DNA of 64,000 nucleotides, taken from contig JBASRN010000270.1 of assembly GCA_049273855.1 (NCBI GenBank), positions 8,320 through 72,319 on the forward strand, read 5' to 3'. Below, in pieces: positions 37,976-48,660 of this stretch (position 1 is its first letter; the number at the start of each line of letters is the position of its first letter). The notes below the pieces were generated by a model. That model made no database searches, was not told the DNA's origin, and saw only the letters and a list, made by a program, of their open reading frames with translations. The position numbers were made by a program, and so were the translations under genes. The DNA is from Blastocatellia bacterium (GTDB lineage Bacteria; Acidobacteriota; Blastocatellia; UBA7656).

Positions 37976-39763
37976 TTACGCCGAGAGGGAATACTTACCC
38001 GCCTTTATGACAGCATCGGCGATGTGGCGACGGGCTGCGATGGCTTTGATCGGAACGTGCTCAGCAAGCTGTTCGATAAGCTCCGTGCTCTTCTCATCCT
38101 CCGTCTCGGTTACCACTGCTCGCGCGGCGCACTCGATACGCAGAGCCGCGTCACGCGCGAACACGCGTGTGATCTCGGTTTGAACCGAACATTTCTCCAG
38201 GCCTCGTTCCTCGAACAGCCTGCGCGTTCGAAGCAGCACGCTCTCCATCGCGTACACATCCATAACCATATCGGCGATCAAACCAAGCGCTTCCTGTTGG
38301 TCGCGGGCGCTCTCACCGTAAGCGCGCGCGAAGCTTTCGATCGCAAGCAACGTCATGCTCTTCGCGCCTGTGAGCATCACGATTTCTCGCTTGAACGCCT
38401 TGTTCGCCACGTTCATTTCAAGCGTGTCCGAAGCGGGCGGTTTGACCGGAGTAACTCGGGATGCCGTTTCAAACAACCCGAGCTCGCCGGCCTTCGCTCG
38501 TCTCAGCAACTGCGTCGCGATCACGATGCGATTGATTTCATTTGTGCCTTCGTAGATTCGAGCTATCCGCGCGTCCCGGTAAGCTTGCTCGGCCGGATAG
38601 TCTTTCGAATAGCCATAACCGCCGAACACCTGCACCTCTTCGTCCACCACGTACGCGAGCGCCTCGCTCTCCCAAACCTTGATGATCGAGCATTCCATCG
38701 CGTACTGCTCCAGCACTGCGAGCACTTGCTTCGGGTCGTCCTTATCGACCTGTTCGAGCGCGTCGTCGATCATCCCAAGCGTGCGATACAGGATCGATTC
38801 GCCAACGTAAGTCCGAATCGTCATTTCCGCGAGCTTGTGTTTGATCAACCCGAAGTTGGCAATCGCCTGGCCGAACTGATGCCGTTCCTTCGCGTACTGA
38901 ACGGATTGTTGAAGCGAGAGTTTCATTGTCCCAACCGAGCGCGCGCCGAGTTTCAAGCGGCCGATGTTCAGCACGTTGAAGGCGATCTTGTGGCCGCGAC
39001 CGATCTCGCCCAGCAAGTTCTCGACCGGCACGCGGCAGTCTTCAAGCATCAGCGCGGTAGTAGATGAGCCATCGATCCCGAGCTTCTTCTCTTCATGCCC
39101 GCTCACAAGCCCCGGTCCGCGCTCGACCAGAAACGCTGTGAATTTCTCGCCGTCCACCTTTGCGAAGACGGTGAACAGATCGGCAAAGCCGCCGTTTGTG
39201 ATCCACATCTTCTGGCCGTTGAGGATGTAATCTTTGCCGTCTTCGGAAAGCACGGCTTTGGTCTTCGCCGCGAGCGCGTCCGAACCCGACTGCGGCTCGG
39301 TCAACGCATACGCGCCGATCCACTCGCCGGTCGCAAGTCTTGGCAGGTACTTCTGTTTCTGTTCCTCGGTTCCAAAGAAGACCAACGGCAGCGTGCCGAT
39401 GTTGACGTGCGAGCTGTGCGTCCCGGCAAACGAAGCTTGAAGCGCAAATTGCTCTCCAACTACGGCGGAGCTGACTTTGTGCAAACCGAGTCCGCCATAC
39501 CGCTCGGGAATGTCGATCATCAGCAGGCCAAGCTCGCCCGCTTTGCGCATCAACTCGCGATGCACCGCGTAGTCTTTGGCGTAGATTTCGGCTTCGCGCG
39601 GAATGACCTCTTTTCGAAGGAACTCCTCGGCAGTGCGCGCAAACATCCGTTGTTCGTCGGTGATGTCTTCGGGTGTGAACACTTCTGAAGGCTCACGGTC
39701 TTCTATAAGGAAGCTGCCGCCCATTGGCGATTGGACCGCTGAGGGTTTGCTGGTCATAAGCAC
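37976..39763 (-). CDS. acyl-CoA dehydrogenase (long form with C-terminal extension)
   Basis: ACAD N-terminal, middle beta-barrel and C-terminal helical domains (YALTEPQSGSDA..., GGYGYSKDYPAEQAYRDARI). 595 aa. Confidence 0.9.
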   Translation of the reverse strand: MLMTSKPSAVQSPMGGSFLIEDREPSEVFTPEDITDEQRMFARTAEEFLRKEVIPREAEIYAKDYAVHRELMRKAGELGLLMIDIPERYGGLGLHKVSSAVVGEQFALQASFAGTHSSHVNIGTLPLVFFGTEEQKQKYLPRLATGEWIGAYALTEPQSGSDALAAKTKAVLSEDGKDYILNGQKMWITNGGFADLFTVFAKVDGEKFTAFLVERGPGLVSGHEEKKLGIDGSSTTALMLEDCRVPVENLLGEIGRGHKIAFNVLNIGRLKLGARSVGTMKLSLQQSVQYAKERHQFGQAIANFGLIKHKLAEMTIRTYVGESILYRTLGMIDDALEQVDKDDPKQVLAVLEQYAMECSIIKVWESEALAYVVDEEVQVFGGYGYSKDYPAEQAYRDARIARIYEGTNEINRIVIATQLLRRAKAGELGLFETASRVTPVKPPASDTLEMNVANKAFKREIVMLTGAKSMTLLAIESFARAYGESARDQQEALGLIADMVMDVYAMESVLLRTRRLFEERGLEKCSVQTEITRVFARDAALRIECAARAVVTETEDEKSTELIEQLAEHVPIKAIAARRHIADAVIKAGKYSLSA

Positions 39764-39999
39764 CTCCTGCTGTCGAGAGGTTTGACAATACCACTCACGA
39801 AATCGCGGGGTCTACCTGCTTTCGTAGTACTCGGTTTGAGAGGGCCGTTTCTTAGCGGGCTGCTGAAAAAGGGAGGGCGCCACCGACACAAACAGGCAAA
39901 GCTGCACAGTGGTCTGGCTCGGTCACGACCGGATTATACACACGACCGACTTCGAATCGCACAGCGGAGCGCGCGTCAGGAGATGAATCCGTGATTCTT

Positions 40000-40431
40000 T
40001 CAGTCAAACACATGGCCCTCTAATCCCGCGATGCGCGCGCGAAGATCATCGGGCACACGAATCTTCTGGAGCGACTTCGGGTCCACGCAAACGTAGAGCG
40101 ACTGAGCTGTGCCGATCAATCGTTCGTCGCCTTCCGGGTAGATTTCAAACTCGAAGATGATGCTGGTGTTTCCGATCTTGGACACGCGGGTGTGGACCTC
40201 GAGCACCTCGTCGAACTTTGCCGGCGATTTGAACTCGATCGTTGTGCGAGCCAGAACCGTGTCAACGCCGCTGTCGATCATCGCTTTCCAGGTCAGACCG
40301 ATCTCGCGGAAATACTCGGTCCACGCCACATCATAGAAAGTCAGATAGTTGCCGTTGAATACAATGCCTTGAAGATCGGTGTCAGCGAAGCGCACGCGAA
40401 TCTTGTGATGGAATCGGAAGTCGGATTTCAC
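40000..40431 (-). CDS. acyl-CoA thioesterase (hotdog fold, YbgC/4HBT family)
   Basis: VRFADTDLQGIVFNGNYLTFYDVAWTEYF motif typical of 4HBT thioesterases. Confidence 0.8.
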   Translation of the reverse strand: MKSDFRFHHKIRVRFADTDLQGIVFNGNYLTFYDVAWTEYFREIGLTWKAMIDSGVDTVLARTTIEFKSPAKFDEVLEVHTRVSKIGNTSIIFEFEIYPEGDERLIGTAQSLYVCVDPKSLQKIRVPDDLRARIAGLEGHVFD

Positions 40432-40561
40432 GCGGCTTATGATGAACTAAAGCTTCCTGGTTATCAAACCCGCCGTCGAGTTGCTCGACTACACCACAAC
40501 TTTCGCTTTGTGCTATGCTGACCCGCGCCCGGATTGAACCAGGGTTCAGGAGGGTTTCTTC

Positions 40562-42160
40562 GTGATCGTTCCGCTTAATGAATACGACTTTCTCAAACGC
40601 GCGCTGGTGGTGCACGCAAACAAAGAAGCCGTCGTCTGCGGCGACTTGCGACTGACTTATCGCCAGTTCGGCGAGCGAGTGAATCGGTGGGCTAACGCGA
40701 TGCGGGAGCTCGGCGTCGAGAAAGGCGACCGGGTAGCGATCCTCTCACAGAACTGCCATCGCATCCTCGAAGCCTTCTTCGGCACGCCGCTTCTCGGTTC
40801 GATCCTGATGCCGCTCAACTTCAGACTCGTCTCCGACGACTTTGATTACATCCTCAATCACGGCGGCGCGAAAGTCGTGATCGTTGAAGAAGGGCTGACG
40901 CATCTGATCGATCCGATTCGTTCGAAGCTCGGCAGCGTCAAACATTTCATCCTGGCCCGTGACAAGCCGGACGCTGCAACTCAAGAATGGTTGGACTACG
41001 AAACAACAATTGCCGCCGCCTCAAGCGAGCCACCGCCGTGGGTCGCGATAGACGAGGACGAAACGTCTGCGTTGCTTTACACCTCGGGCACAACCGGGAG
41101 TCCCAAAGGCGTGATGCTCACCCATCGCAATCTCTATATCAACGCGATCAACTCGATCTGCGAATTCGGCATCCGCGACACGGACGTCTACCTGCACACG
41201 CTCGCCCAGTTTCACTGCAATGGATGGGGCGTGGGCTACGCGGTCACCGGGATGGGCGGAACGCATGTGGTCATCAAGAAGTTCGAACCGGCTGCGTTCT
41301 TCGATCTGGTGGGACGTGAACGGGTAAGTTTCGCCTGCATGCCTCCGACGATGATCAACATGGCCTTGAATCATCCGCTTGATGAAAAGACGCTGGCGAA
41401 GCTGCCAAGAGAAGTTCGAGTGGGGACCGCGGGTTCGGCGCCGCCAATGGCGACCATTCAGGGAGCGCAGGAGAAGTTTGGCTGGAAGGTGATTCAGATC
41501 TATGGACTGACCGAGACCTCGCCGTTCATGACCGTCTCCAAGATCAAACCTCATATGCAGGACTGGCCGGAAGAGCAGAAGATTCGCGTTCAAACAAAAA
41601 CCGGCTATCCGATGATCGGCGTCGACATACGCGTGGTAGGCGACGAAGGTCAGGACTTGAAACCCGACAGCGGCGAAGTCGGCGAAGTCATCACGCGGGG
41701 CAACGTCGTGATGGCGGGCTACTGGCGGCAACCTGAAGCTACCGCCGCGGTGATTGTAGACGGATGGTTTCACACAGGCGATATGGCGCTGATGGACAGC
41801 GAAGGCTACATCGAAGTCGTCGATCGCAAAAAGGACTTGATCATCTCGGGCGGCGAAAACATTTCATCCATCGAAGTCGAAGGCTTCTTGTACAAGCACC
41901 CCGCGGTTCTTGAAGCAGCGGTGATTGCAGCGCCGGACGAACGCTGGGGCGAGACCGTGTGCGCGCTTGTGGTGTTGAAGCCTGGCGCTTCAGCTACCGA
42001 GCAGGAGTTGATCGACTTTTGCCGCGAGCACCTCGCTCACTTCAAGTGCCCGCGCCGAATACAGTTTATTGAGGCGCTCCCGCGCACGGCTACGGGAAAG
42101 ATTCAGAAGAACCTGCTGCGCGAACGGTTCTGGCAAGGCAAGTCCAAACAGGTAGGGTAA
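40562..42160 (+). CDS. acyl-CoA synthetase / AMP-dependent ligase (fatty-acid--CoA ligase)
   Basis: AMP-binding signature LLYTSGTTGSPKGVMLTHRNL, YGLTET, and C-terminal domain lysine. GTG start. Confidence 0.9.
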   Translation: MIVPLNEYDFLKRALVVHANKEAVVCGDLRLTYRQFGERVNRWANAMRELGVEKGDRVAILSQNCHRILEAFFGTPLLGSILMPLNFRLVSDDFDYILNHGGAKVVIVEEGLTHLIDPIRSKLGSVKHFILARDKPDAATQEWLDYETTIAAASSEPPPWVAIDEDETSALLYTSGTTGSPKGVMLTHRNLYINAINSICEFGIRDTDVYLHTLAQFHCNGWGVGYAVTGMGGTHVVIKKFEPAAFFDLVGRERVSFACMPPTMINMALNHPLDEKTLAKLPREVRVGTAGSAPPMATIQGAQEKFGWKVIQIYGLTETSPFMTVSKIKPHMQDWPEEQKIRVQTKTGYPMIGVDIRVVGDEGQDLKPDSGEVGEVITRGNVVMAGYWRQPEATAAVIVDGWFHTGDMALMDSEGYIEVVDRKKDLIISGGENISSIEVEGFLYKHPAVLEAAVIAAPDERWGETVCALVVLKPGASATEQELIDFCREHLAHFKCPRRIQFIEALPRTATGKIQKNLLRERFWQGKSKQVG

Positions 42161-42162
42161 AG

Positions 42163-42235
42163 GTGACTCGTGTGATCCGTAACCGGATAGCTCACGCGTT
42201 TTTGGTCACGGATCACGCGTCACGCATCACTCTCA
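42163..42235. repeat. heptad TCACG-type palindromic element (second copy), includes T-run; probable bidirectional terminator
   Basis: gtgactcgtgtgatccgtaacc ... ggtcacggatcacgcgtcacgcatcac with gcgttttt. Lies between the convergent acyl-CoA synthetase and OMP genes and shares the TCACGCATCAC units with 4141-4201. Confidence 0.45.
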
Positions 42236-42850
42236 GAATCGCAGCACGATGCCCGCCGAAATAAGCGCGTTGTGCTGGCGCTCGCTTAGCGCGCGGACGT
42301 TCAACGGCGGAAGGTCGGAATAGAAATCGCGCACTTCACCCCTGATGCTTAAGATGGAACGCACTTTAACGTCCAGGCCAAAGCCGAAGGCGAAAACAGC
42401 CTCGGTCTTGGTCGTACGGTTCGGATTGGGTTGATTATCAATGGTCGTATCGCTTTCCCGGAAGTGCGCAAGCCCCCCTCCTATCAGCGCAAACGGAGAG
42501 TACTTGCCGCCAGGCAGCAGCTTCACCTTTATTCCCGGAGTGAAGAATATCGACGAATAGCTCCTCGGTGAAAGCGCGTTTGTGGTCGTGACCTTGGTGC
42601 GCGGCGTGCCTGCAAGTGGAACCTCAAAATACAGCGCGGCAACCCGGGCATCAAGGAACCGTCGCGCATAGCCTAGTTCGTAAGTGAAGCCCGTGCCGAA
42701 GCGCAGAAAGCCGGGGCGCGGCAGATCGAATCCCCGCTCTCCGATCTTCAGCCCTCCCGAAGTGAATGCAACTTCATGCTTTTGCGCGGAAGCGGATTGC
42801 GCTCCCAACAACGTCACTCCAAGCATAAACAGAAGTCTTAGTTTCATCAT
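42233..42850 (-). CDS. outer-membrane beta-barrel protein (OmpW/OmpA-like small porin family)
   Basis: Signal peptide, alternating hydrophobic beta-strand pattern, C-terminal aromatic (…IVLRF). Confidence 0.6.
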   Translation of the reverse strand: MMKLRLLFMLGVTLLGAQSASAQKHEVAFTSGGLKIGERGFDLPRPGFLRFGTGFTYELGYARRFLDARVAALYFEVPLAGTPRTKVTTTNALSPRSYSSIFFTPGIKVKLLPGGKYSPFALIGGGLAHFRESDTTIDNQPNPNRTTKTEAVFAFGFGLDVKVRSILSIRGEVRDFYSDLPPLNVRALSERQHNALISAGIVLRF

Positions 42851-43648
42851 TCATACCCCTTGAAAGAAATCAATCAGAGCGCGGTTCACGTCTTCCGGCT
42901 TCTCGGTGAAGAACACGTGGCCGGTCTGGGGGAACTCGATAAGGCGCGCGCCGGGGATGCGCTCGGCAATCAAGCGCGAGTTCCCCGGGTCTACAAGCGT
43001 GTCTTCGGTTCCCGTCATCACCAGGGTTGTGTGTCGGATCTGAGGCAGCCGGTCAAAAGTGTCGTGCAGCATTACCGCGCCGAGTTGAAGAAGATAGGAA
43101 GATTTGGGCTGGTTGTTGTCAGCCATAAGTTTCAGGGTTTCTTCGACAAGCTCGGGTTGCTCTTCGACGGTCTTAGCCGCGAACAGAAGCGGGATCGAAT
43201 GTCTGAGCGCGTCCGGACGCGGCATATCGCGCGACTCATTGAATATCTGCACCGCCCATTCCGGCGCGCGAGAAGCGGTTCGCGGACCGGCGTGCGTGCA
43301 ACCCAGCGCCAGCCGCCTCACCTTCTGAGGGTGACGCAGCGCAAGCTCCTGCGCGATCATACCGCCAAGCGACACGCCGAATACGTGCGCGCTCTCGACT
43401 TCCAGCGCATCGAGCAGCGCTGCGGTGTCGTCAGCCATATCCGCAATGGTGAAAGCAAGCTGAGGTTGTTCGCTCCTGCCCACGCAGCGATTGTCGAACG
43501 CGATCACCTGGAAGTGTGGCGCGAGTCCTGCGACTTGATCAGCGAAACCTTCGCACGTCGAGCCGAGCCCGCGAATCAACAACAGCGGCTCACCCTCGCC
43601 GTGCAGCTCGTAGTACATCTTGAGTAGGTTGGCTTGAACTGTAGGCAC
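42851..43648 (-). CDS. alpha/beta hydrolase fold protein
   Basis: GVSLGGMIAQ nucleophile elbow (GxSxG) and a downstream His motif; adjacent to the OMP gene with no gap. Confidence 0.85.
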   Translation of the reverse strand: MPTVQANLLKMYYELHGEGEPLLLIRGLGSTCEGFADQVAGLAPHFQVIAFDNRCVGRSEQPQLAFTIADMADDTAALLDALEVESAHVFGVSLGGMIAQELALRHPQKVRRLALGCTHAGPRTASRAPEWAVQIFNESRDMPRPDALRHSIPLLFAAKTVEEQPELVEETLKLMADNNQPKSSYLLQLGAVMLHDTFDRLPQIRHTTLVMTGTEDTLVDPGNSRLIAERIPGARLIEFPQTGHVFFTEKPEDVNRALIDFFQGV

Positions 43649-44051
43649 TGATTCTCGACGGTTCCTTTATAGACCTAGGTTGAACCCGATTGAAGTGTGT
43701 CCCGTTTCGCGCTGAGTGGTCAACACTAGAGCGTTCCAGCAAACAGAATATTTTCACTTTGTGTCGGGCGCTCCAGAGCGATGGGCGCTCGGATTGACGG
43801 CGGTATGATCGACACGCTTGACCAATCGAATTCGTGCAGCGCATCTACAGCCTCACCCTCCTTGATCAAGCAGCGACTTCACGACCCACAAACATTCTTC
43901 TCCAAACAAGACTTTCTGTGTAGAATCAGCTCACCCCCTCAACAAAAAGCATGGAGCCCCGCGCGAGCATCACTATAGTCAGCTAACAGAGAGTTGCTCC
44001 TTCAAGCGTCGTTCCGGACAAGAGAATACTCCGAAGTAGAGCGGGGGCGCA

Positions 44052-46106
44052 GTGCAGGCGGCCGGCTCCTGCCTAAATAGGGTGACACCGGTGACAACAA
44101 CAGACCCAAACGAAACTCCGTCAATTGCCCCTCAATCTGAGGCCGTCGCCGCTTCCTCCAGACCGCTATGGGCCAGCTCGGCACTCATCGTTGTCGTCGG
44201 GGTTCTTGTCTACGTCAACAGTTTCGGCGGGCAAATAGTGTTCGACGACGTGGTGATAACGGACGACTCCTCGATCCGCCAGCTTTGGCCGCCGTGGGGA
44301 GCGATGTCCTCGCCGAAGCAGGTCTCGCGTCCGCTGGTCGGGCTGTCGCTTGCGATCAACTACGCGATGAGCGGCACCGGCCTCTGGAGCTACCATCTGT
44401 TTAACCTCGTTATCCACATACTGGCCGCGCTGACGTTATTCGGGGTGGTTCGTAGAACACTGCTCACCGACGGGTTGAAAGACCGATTCGGAAAGGCATC
44501 GACCGGTCTCGCTCTCGCGGTTGCGTTGATCTGGATGGTACATCCAGTGCACACCGAGTCGGTGACCTACCTGATACAGCGTTCGGAGGCGATGTGCGGG
44601 TTGTTCTATCTGCTTACGCTCTACTGCGTAATTCGGGGACGCTCGGGGCAGCACGGTGCGCTCTGGTACAGCGCCGCTGTCTTAAGCTGCGCGGCGGGCA
44701 TGGCGAGCAAGCCGGTGATGGTCACGGCCCCGATCATGGTGCTGATCTACGATCTGGTTTTTTTCCGGGACTCGTTGAAGGAAACACTCCGACGGCGGGC
44801 AATTCTCTATGGGGGTCTCGCTTTCACCTGGATAGTCATAGCGGTCACGGTTCACGCCGCGAGTCCTTATCAGGAGTCTGCGGGCTTCCATCTCGAGCGG
44901 ATGACGCCGCTCAGTTACTTGGTTTCGCAGTTCGGGGTGATTGTTCACTACTTGCGACTGTCGGTGTGGCCTTACGATCTGTGTATTGATTACGGCTGGC
45001 CGCTTGCTGACGACGCCACCAGGATCGTCCCGTTCGCGGTGGTCGTCGGCGCTCTCGGGCTGCTGACGCTGATGGCGCTCAAGCGCCGACCCGAGGTTGG
45101 GTTTCTCGGCATTTGGTTCTTCTTGATCCTCGCGCCAACATCGAGCATCATGCCGATCCTCGACGTGGCGGTTGAGCATCGTATTTATCTCTCGCTTGCT
45201 GCCGTTGTGGCGCTTGTAGTGTTGGGGTGCTACCGATTTGCGCCTTCGCCGCGGCTGAGGAATTCTGCTACCACGCGCTGGCTGGGGGTCGGCGCGGTCG
45301 CGATAGTCGTGGCGTGGTTCGGCTCGCTTACGGTGGAGCGCAATGGTTACTACCAGAGCAGGACAGCGATGTGGCTGGACGTTGTCAGAAAGCGGCCCGA
45401 CAATTGGAGAGGTCACAACAACCTTGGTTTTTGTCTCACGGAGAAGGGCGACCGTGAAGGCGCGCGGGAGCGGTTTGCCGAAGCGCTCAGGCTGAGACCA
45501 GGCGCCATCGACGTTCTGGATAACATGGGGATGTGGCTGTTGAATTCGGACACGCCCGGTGAGGCACTGCCCTATTTTCAACAGGTGCTTAACGTGGATC
45601 CCGGCAGGAAGAGATTGCATTTTAACATCGGCCGAGCTCTGGAGAATCAGGCCCGATTGGATGAAGCCGTCCACGCGTACAACGAGGAGTTAAGGCTTAA
45701 CCCTGGGTCTGCGGAAGCTCGCATGCAACTTGGTTGGGTGCTCGAGCGGCAGAAGAAGTTCAGTGAGGCGGCCGCGGCTTATCAGGATACGCTGGCTGTC
45801 GCTCCAGAGTGGCCTCAACCTCTTTGCCGGTTTGCTCTATTGTTAGTCGACGCCGAGGCGAAGGAACTTCGGAATACGGGCGAGGCGATTCGAATGGCGG
45901 ACAAGGCGGTGAGCGTCTCCAGCCGTGAACCGGTCACGCTGGACGTCCTGGCTTCGGTCTACTCCTCGACCGGGCAATTCGAGCAAGCAATCGCCGTCGC
46001 GACGGAAGCAATCGACATGGCCAAATCCGGAGGCGCGGATCAACTGGCCGCGGCGATCGAGGGCCGCCTGGAGATGTATAAGCAAGGCCGCTCGGCAAGG
46101 CCTTAG
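44052..46106 (+). CDS. TMTC/PMT_2-like multi-pass membrane protein with C-terminal TPR repeats (putative protein O-mannosyltransferase-like)
   Basis: An N-terminal region of about 400 aa with more than 8 TM helices (DUF1736-like) followed by TPR repeats. Confidence 0.65.
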   Translation: MQAAGSCLNRVTPVTTTDPNETPSIAPQSEAVAASSRPLWASSALIVVVGVLVYVNSFGGQIVFDDVVITDDSSIRQLWPPWGAMSSPKQVSRPLVGLSLAINYAMSGTGLWSYHLFNLVIHILAALTLFGVVRRTLLTDGLKDRFGKASTGLALAVALIWMVHPVHTESVTYLIQRSEAMCGLFYLLTLYCVIRGRSGQHGALWYSAAVLSCAAGMASKPVMVTAPIMVLIYDLVFFRDSLKETLRRRAILYGGLAFTWIVIAVTVHAASPYQESAGFHLERMTPLSYLVSQFGVIVHYLRLSVWPYDLCIDYGWPLADDATRIVPFAVVVGALGLLTLMALKRRPEVGFLGIWFFLILAPTSSIMPILDVAVEHRIYLSLAAVVALVVLGCYRFAPSPRLRNSATTRWLGVGAVAIVVAWFGSLTVERNGYYQSRTAMWLDVVRKRPDNWRGHNNLGFCLTEKGDREGARERFAEALRLRPGAIDVLDNMGMWLLNSDTPGEALPYFQQVLNVDPGRKRLHFNIGRALENQARLDEAVHAYNEELRLNPGSAEARMQLGWVLERQKKFSEAAAAYQDTLAVAPEWPQPLCRFALLLVDAEAKELRNTGEAIRMADKAVSVSSREPVTLDVLASVYSSTGQFEQAIAVATEAIDMAKSGGADQLAAAIEGRLEMYKQGRSARP

Positions 46107-46368
46107 CCCCAATCGGCTTCCGGGTGTTGGAAGGCAGCAGTTCCCCTTGTGCGACCACCATGCACCCGAAGATGGACTGGGCCCAGGAGTTGTTGCTCGT
46201 GCGAAATAGGCTGTGCGATACTCCACCGAAAGGGAAGCCAAAGTTCAGAGGGCCAGCCGCAGCGGAATCGTTTCCCGCTTCTGCGGGCTCTAAGCTCGGA
46301 GTCGCGGTGGTCTTGAGATACTAACCTGCGCAACTGGCTGGCAAGATTCAGCACTACGGGGTGTCAAA

Positions 46369-48609
46369 ATGCATCGCAGAGTTCTTTCTGTCTTTCTAAG
46401 TTTTTGCTTGTTTGCTTCGTTCGCGGCTGCAGGCCCTCACCAAAAACCAGCGGCACGCAAGGCGAAACCAGCCCCGCAGAAGCCGCCGGCTGCGAAGCAG
46501 GAAGTAAAGACTGGGCCGACCGCCGCAAAGCCGGCCGAACCCTCGAAAAAGCCGCCCCGGGCCGACAACCAGTGGGCGTTGGTGGTCGGGATCAGCAAGT
46601 ATCCGGGTCAAATTCAGAGTTTGAATTTTCCGCGCGACGATGCGCGCGCGGTCAAGGACATGCTCGTTACCGACGCAGGGTTCGCTGAAGATCACATCCG
46701 ATTGCTCACCGACGATGGGGCCGGGGAGGCTAAGGCGACGAGGCAGAACATTCTTGCTGCAGTGGACGGCTACCTGGCGCCGCGTGTGCAGCCGGGGCAC
46801 GAGGTAATCGTTTTCTTCGCCGGCCACGGGATCGCTCGTGGCCTGGGCCAGCAAGCGAAGAGCTACTTCCTGCCGGTCGACGTCGATGCGCAGTCAAAGG
46901 AATCGCTCGAGCGAACGGCTGTCGATCTGGAGGATCTTGCGCGCCGGCTCAGCGTATTGAAGGCGTCTCAGTTTTCGATATTCATAGACGCCTGCCGCGA
47001 AGACCCCTTTCCGGGCCGCGGCATCAAGGGCAACACGATGACCGATGTTATGAGCCGCGGCTTGCGGATAACGCGCGGCGGTTCCACGGCTGCCGAAGCG
47101 GCGCCGGCGACTTCGATCATCTTTTACGCCTGCAAAGTTGGCGAGCGCGCTTACGAAGATCCTGAACTCAAGCACGGCGTCTTTACTTATTTTATTCTTT
47201 CCGGAATTCGAGACCTGGCGAACAGGCCGGACGGCCGGGTGGACGCCGGCTTTCTAGCAAATTTTTTGCGCGACAATATGCAAAAGTGGAGCTCGGAGTA
47301 TCAGAAGCGCGCGCGCTATGCCGTAGAGCAGACGCCGATGATGGTCGCGACTGAGGTGCACGGCCCGCTGGTCATCGTTCGATTGGCTCAGATTGCGGCG
47401 AACCCTCCGGCGCCGCCGGCCACCGGCTCGATCGCTCTGTTCACCTCGCCGAAGGACGCTACGTTGAGCTTGAATGGCAAAACGTTGGGCACCGCGCCGA
47501 TCGAAAAGGAAATCCAGGCTGGTGAGTACACCGTTCGAGCCGAGTCGCAGGGCTTTCAACCCACCGAAGCAAAGATCACGGTTGTGCCCGGCTACCAGCA
47601 GGAATTTACGATCACGTTGAAACCAACCGCAACCAACGCCAGTTACGAGAAGGGTGTGCAGTTCGAAGCTCAAAAGCTGTGGCCGCAAGCGGTCGCTTCC
47701 TACGAACAGGCACTGCGCGAAGACCCGAGCCTGACCGCCGCACTGGAGCGTCTGGCAAACGCATACACCGCAGCCGGACGTTTTCGCGATGCTGCCGATC
47801 TGCTAACCACGGCTTCTGAGAAGGCTCCCGACAATGCAGTGTTGCTTGCGCGGCGCTCGCGGGCTCTTGGCCAATGGTCGCTGCAAGACGAGACCCTGGA
47901 CGCCTCGATAAACCCGCGACCGGATAAGGCGACCAGGTACAAGGACGCCGCCAAGGAAGCGGTTAGAGCGGCGGAGCTGGCCACCAAGAAAGCACCCGAC
48001 CTTGCGGTTGTTAATCTCGCGCTCGGGTATGCGTACACGCTTCAGGAACGCGACCGGCCGAAGGCGATCCCGGCGTTTGTCCGCGCCTCGACGATCGCGC
48101 CCGAAGACCCGGAAAGCTACTATGGAGTTGGCTACGGCTATCGGCTGATGAAGCAGTACCCGCAGGCGATTCCTCAATTAAGGAAGGCCATCGAGCTGCG
48201 GTCTGATTACTACGAAGCGCATCGCGAGCTGGCTTATTGCTATCACGCGACAGGCGACACCGATCAAGCGATCAAAGAGTACAACACCGCGAGCGGTTAT
48301 CAAGGAGAGACCAGCAACTCTGGCGACATGGCGGGCAATCATCTCGCGCTCTCCGCGCTCTACGCCGAGAAGGGTCAGCAGGTGGGTGGCGCAGAAGGAG
48401 AAGAGATCTCGAAAGCAGGGAAGGGTCACGAGACTGAAGCCCGGGGCTACGATCCAACGTTGAAAGCGGCCCTCAAGATACTGCAAGGCAGCGGCGTGGC
48501 GTATCGCATGCAAAGTTACTTGCCGTCAGAGTTACGCAACGTTATCAACACCCCGGGGGTGCCTGTGCCCGGCGGCGTTAAGATACCGTTTCCGAGGAAG
48601 CGTCCGTAG
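46369..48609 (+). CDS. caspase-like (peptidase C14) domain protein with PEGA domain and TPR repeats
   Basis: Signal peptide. C14 core WALVVGISKY...VIVFFAGHGI (catalytic His) ... SIFIDACRE (catalytic Cys). PEGA-like TLSLNGKTLGTAPIEKE...YTVRAESQGFQP, then TPR repeats. Confidence 0.7.
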   Translation: MHRRVLSVFLSFCLFASFAAAGPHQKPAARKAKPAPQKPPAAKQEVKTGPTAAKPAEPSKKPPRADNQWALVVGISKYPGQIQSLNFPRDDARAVKDMLVTDAGFAEDHIRLLTDDGAGEAKATRQNILAAVDGYLAPRVQPGHEVIVFFAGHGIARGLGQQAKSYFLPVDVDAQSKESLERTAVDLEDLARRLSVLKASQFSIFIDACREDPFPGRGIKGNTMTDVMSRGLRITRGGSTAAEAAPATSIIFYACKVGERAYEDPELKHGVFTYFILSGIRDLANRPDGRVDAGFLANFLRDNMQKWSSEYQKRARYAVEQTPMMVATEVHGPLVIVRLAQIAANPPAPPATGSIALFTSPKDATLSLNGKTLGTAPIEKEIQAGEYTVRAESQGFQPTEAKITVVPGYQQEFTITLKPTATNASYEKGVQFEAQKLWPQAVASYEQALREDPSLTAALERLANAYTAAGRFRDAADLLTTASEKAPDNAVLLARRSRALGQWSLQDETLDASINPRPDKATRYKDAAKEAVRAAELATKKAPDLAVVNLALGYAYTLQERDRPKAIPAFVRASTIAPEDPESYYGVGYGYRLMKQYPQAIPQLRKAIELRSDYYEAHRELAYCYHATGDTDQAIKEYNTASGYQGETSNSGDMAGNHLALSALYAEKGQQVGGAEGEEISKAGKGHETEARGYDPTLKAALKILQGSGVAYRMQSYLPSELRNVINTPGVPVPGGVKIPFPRKRP

Positions 48610-48660
48610 CGCCGAAGCTTTCTCGTGACAGGGGAGCGATCGGGTGTTCGTCCGATTTGA

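Noticed and set aside
37784-39067. 427-aa ORF on the + strand
   Set aside because: It lies entirely antisense to the well-supported acyl-CoA dehydrogenase gene. It has an Arg/Ala-rich composition typical of reverse-frame artefacts in high-GC DNA and no domain signal.
44682-45674. 330-aa - strand ORF
   Set aside because: Antisense to the TMTC-like membrane protein gene; Arg/His/Pro-rich artefactual composition.
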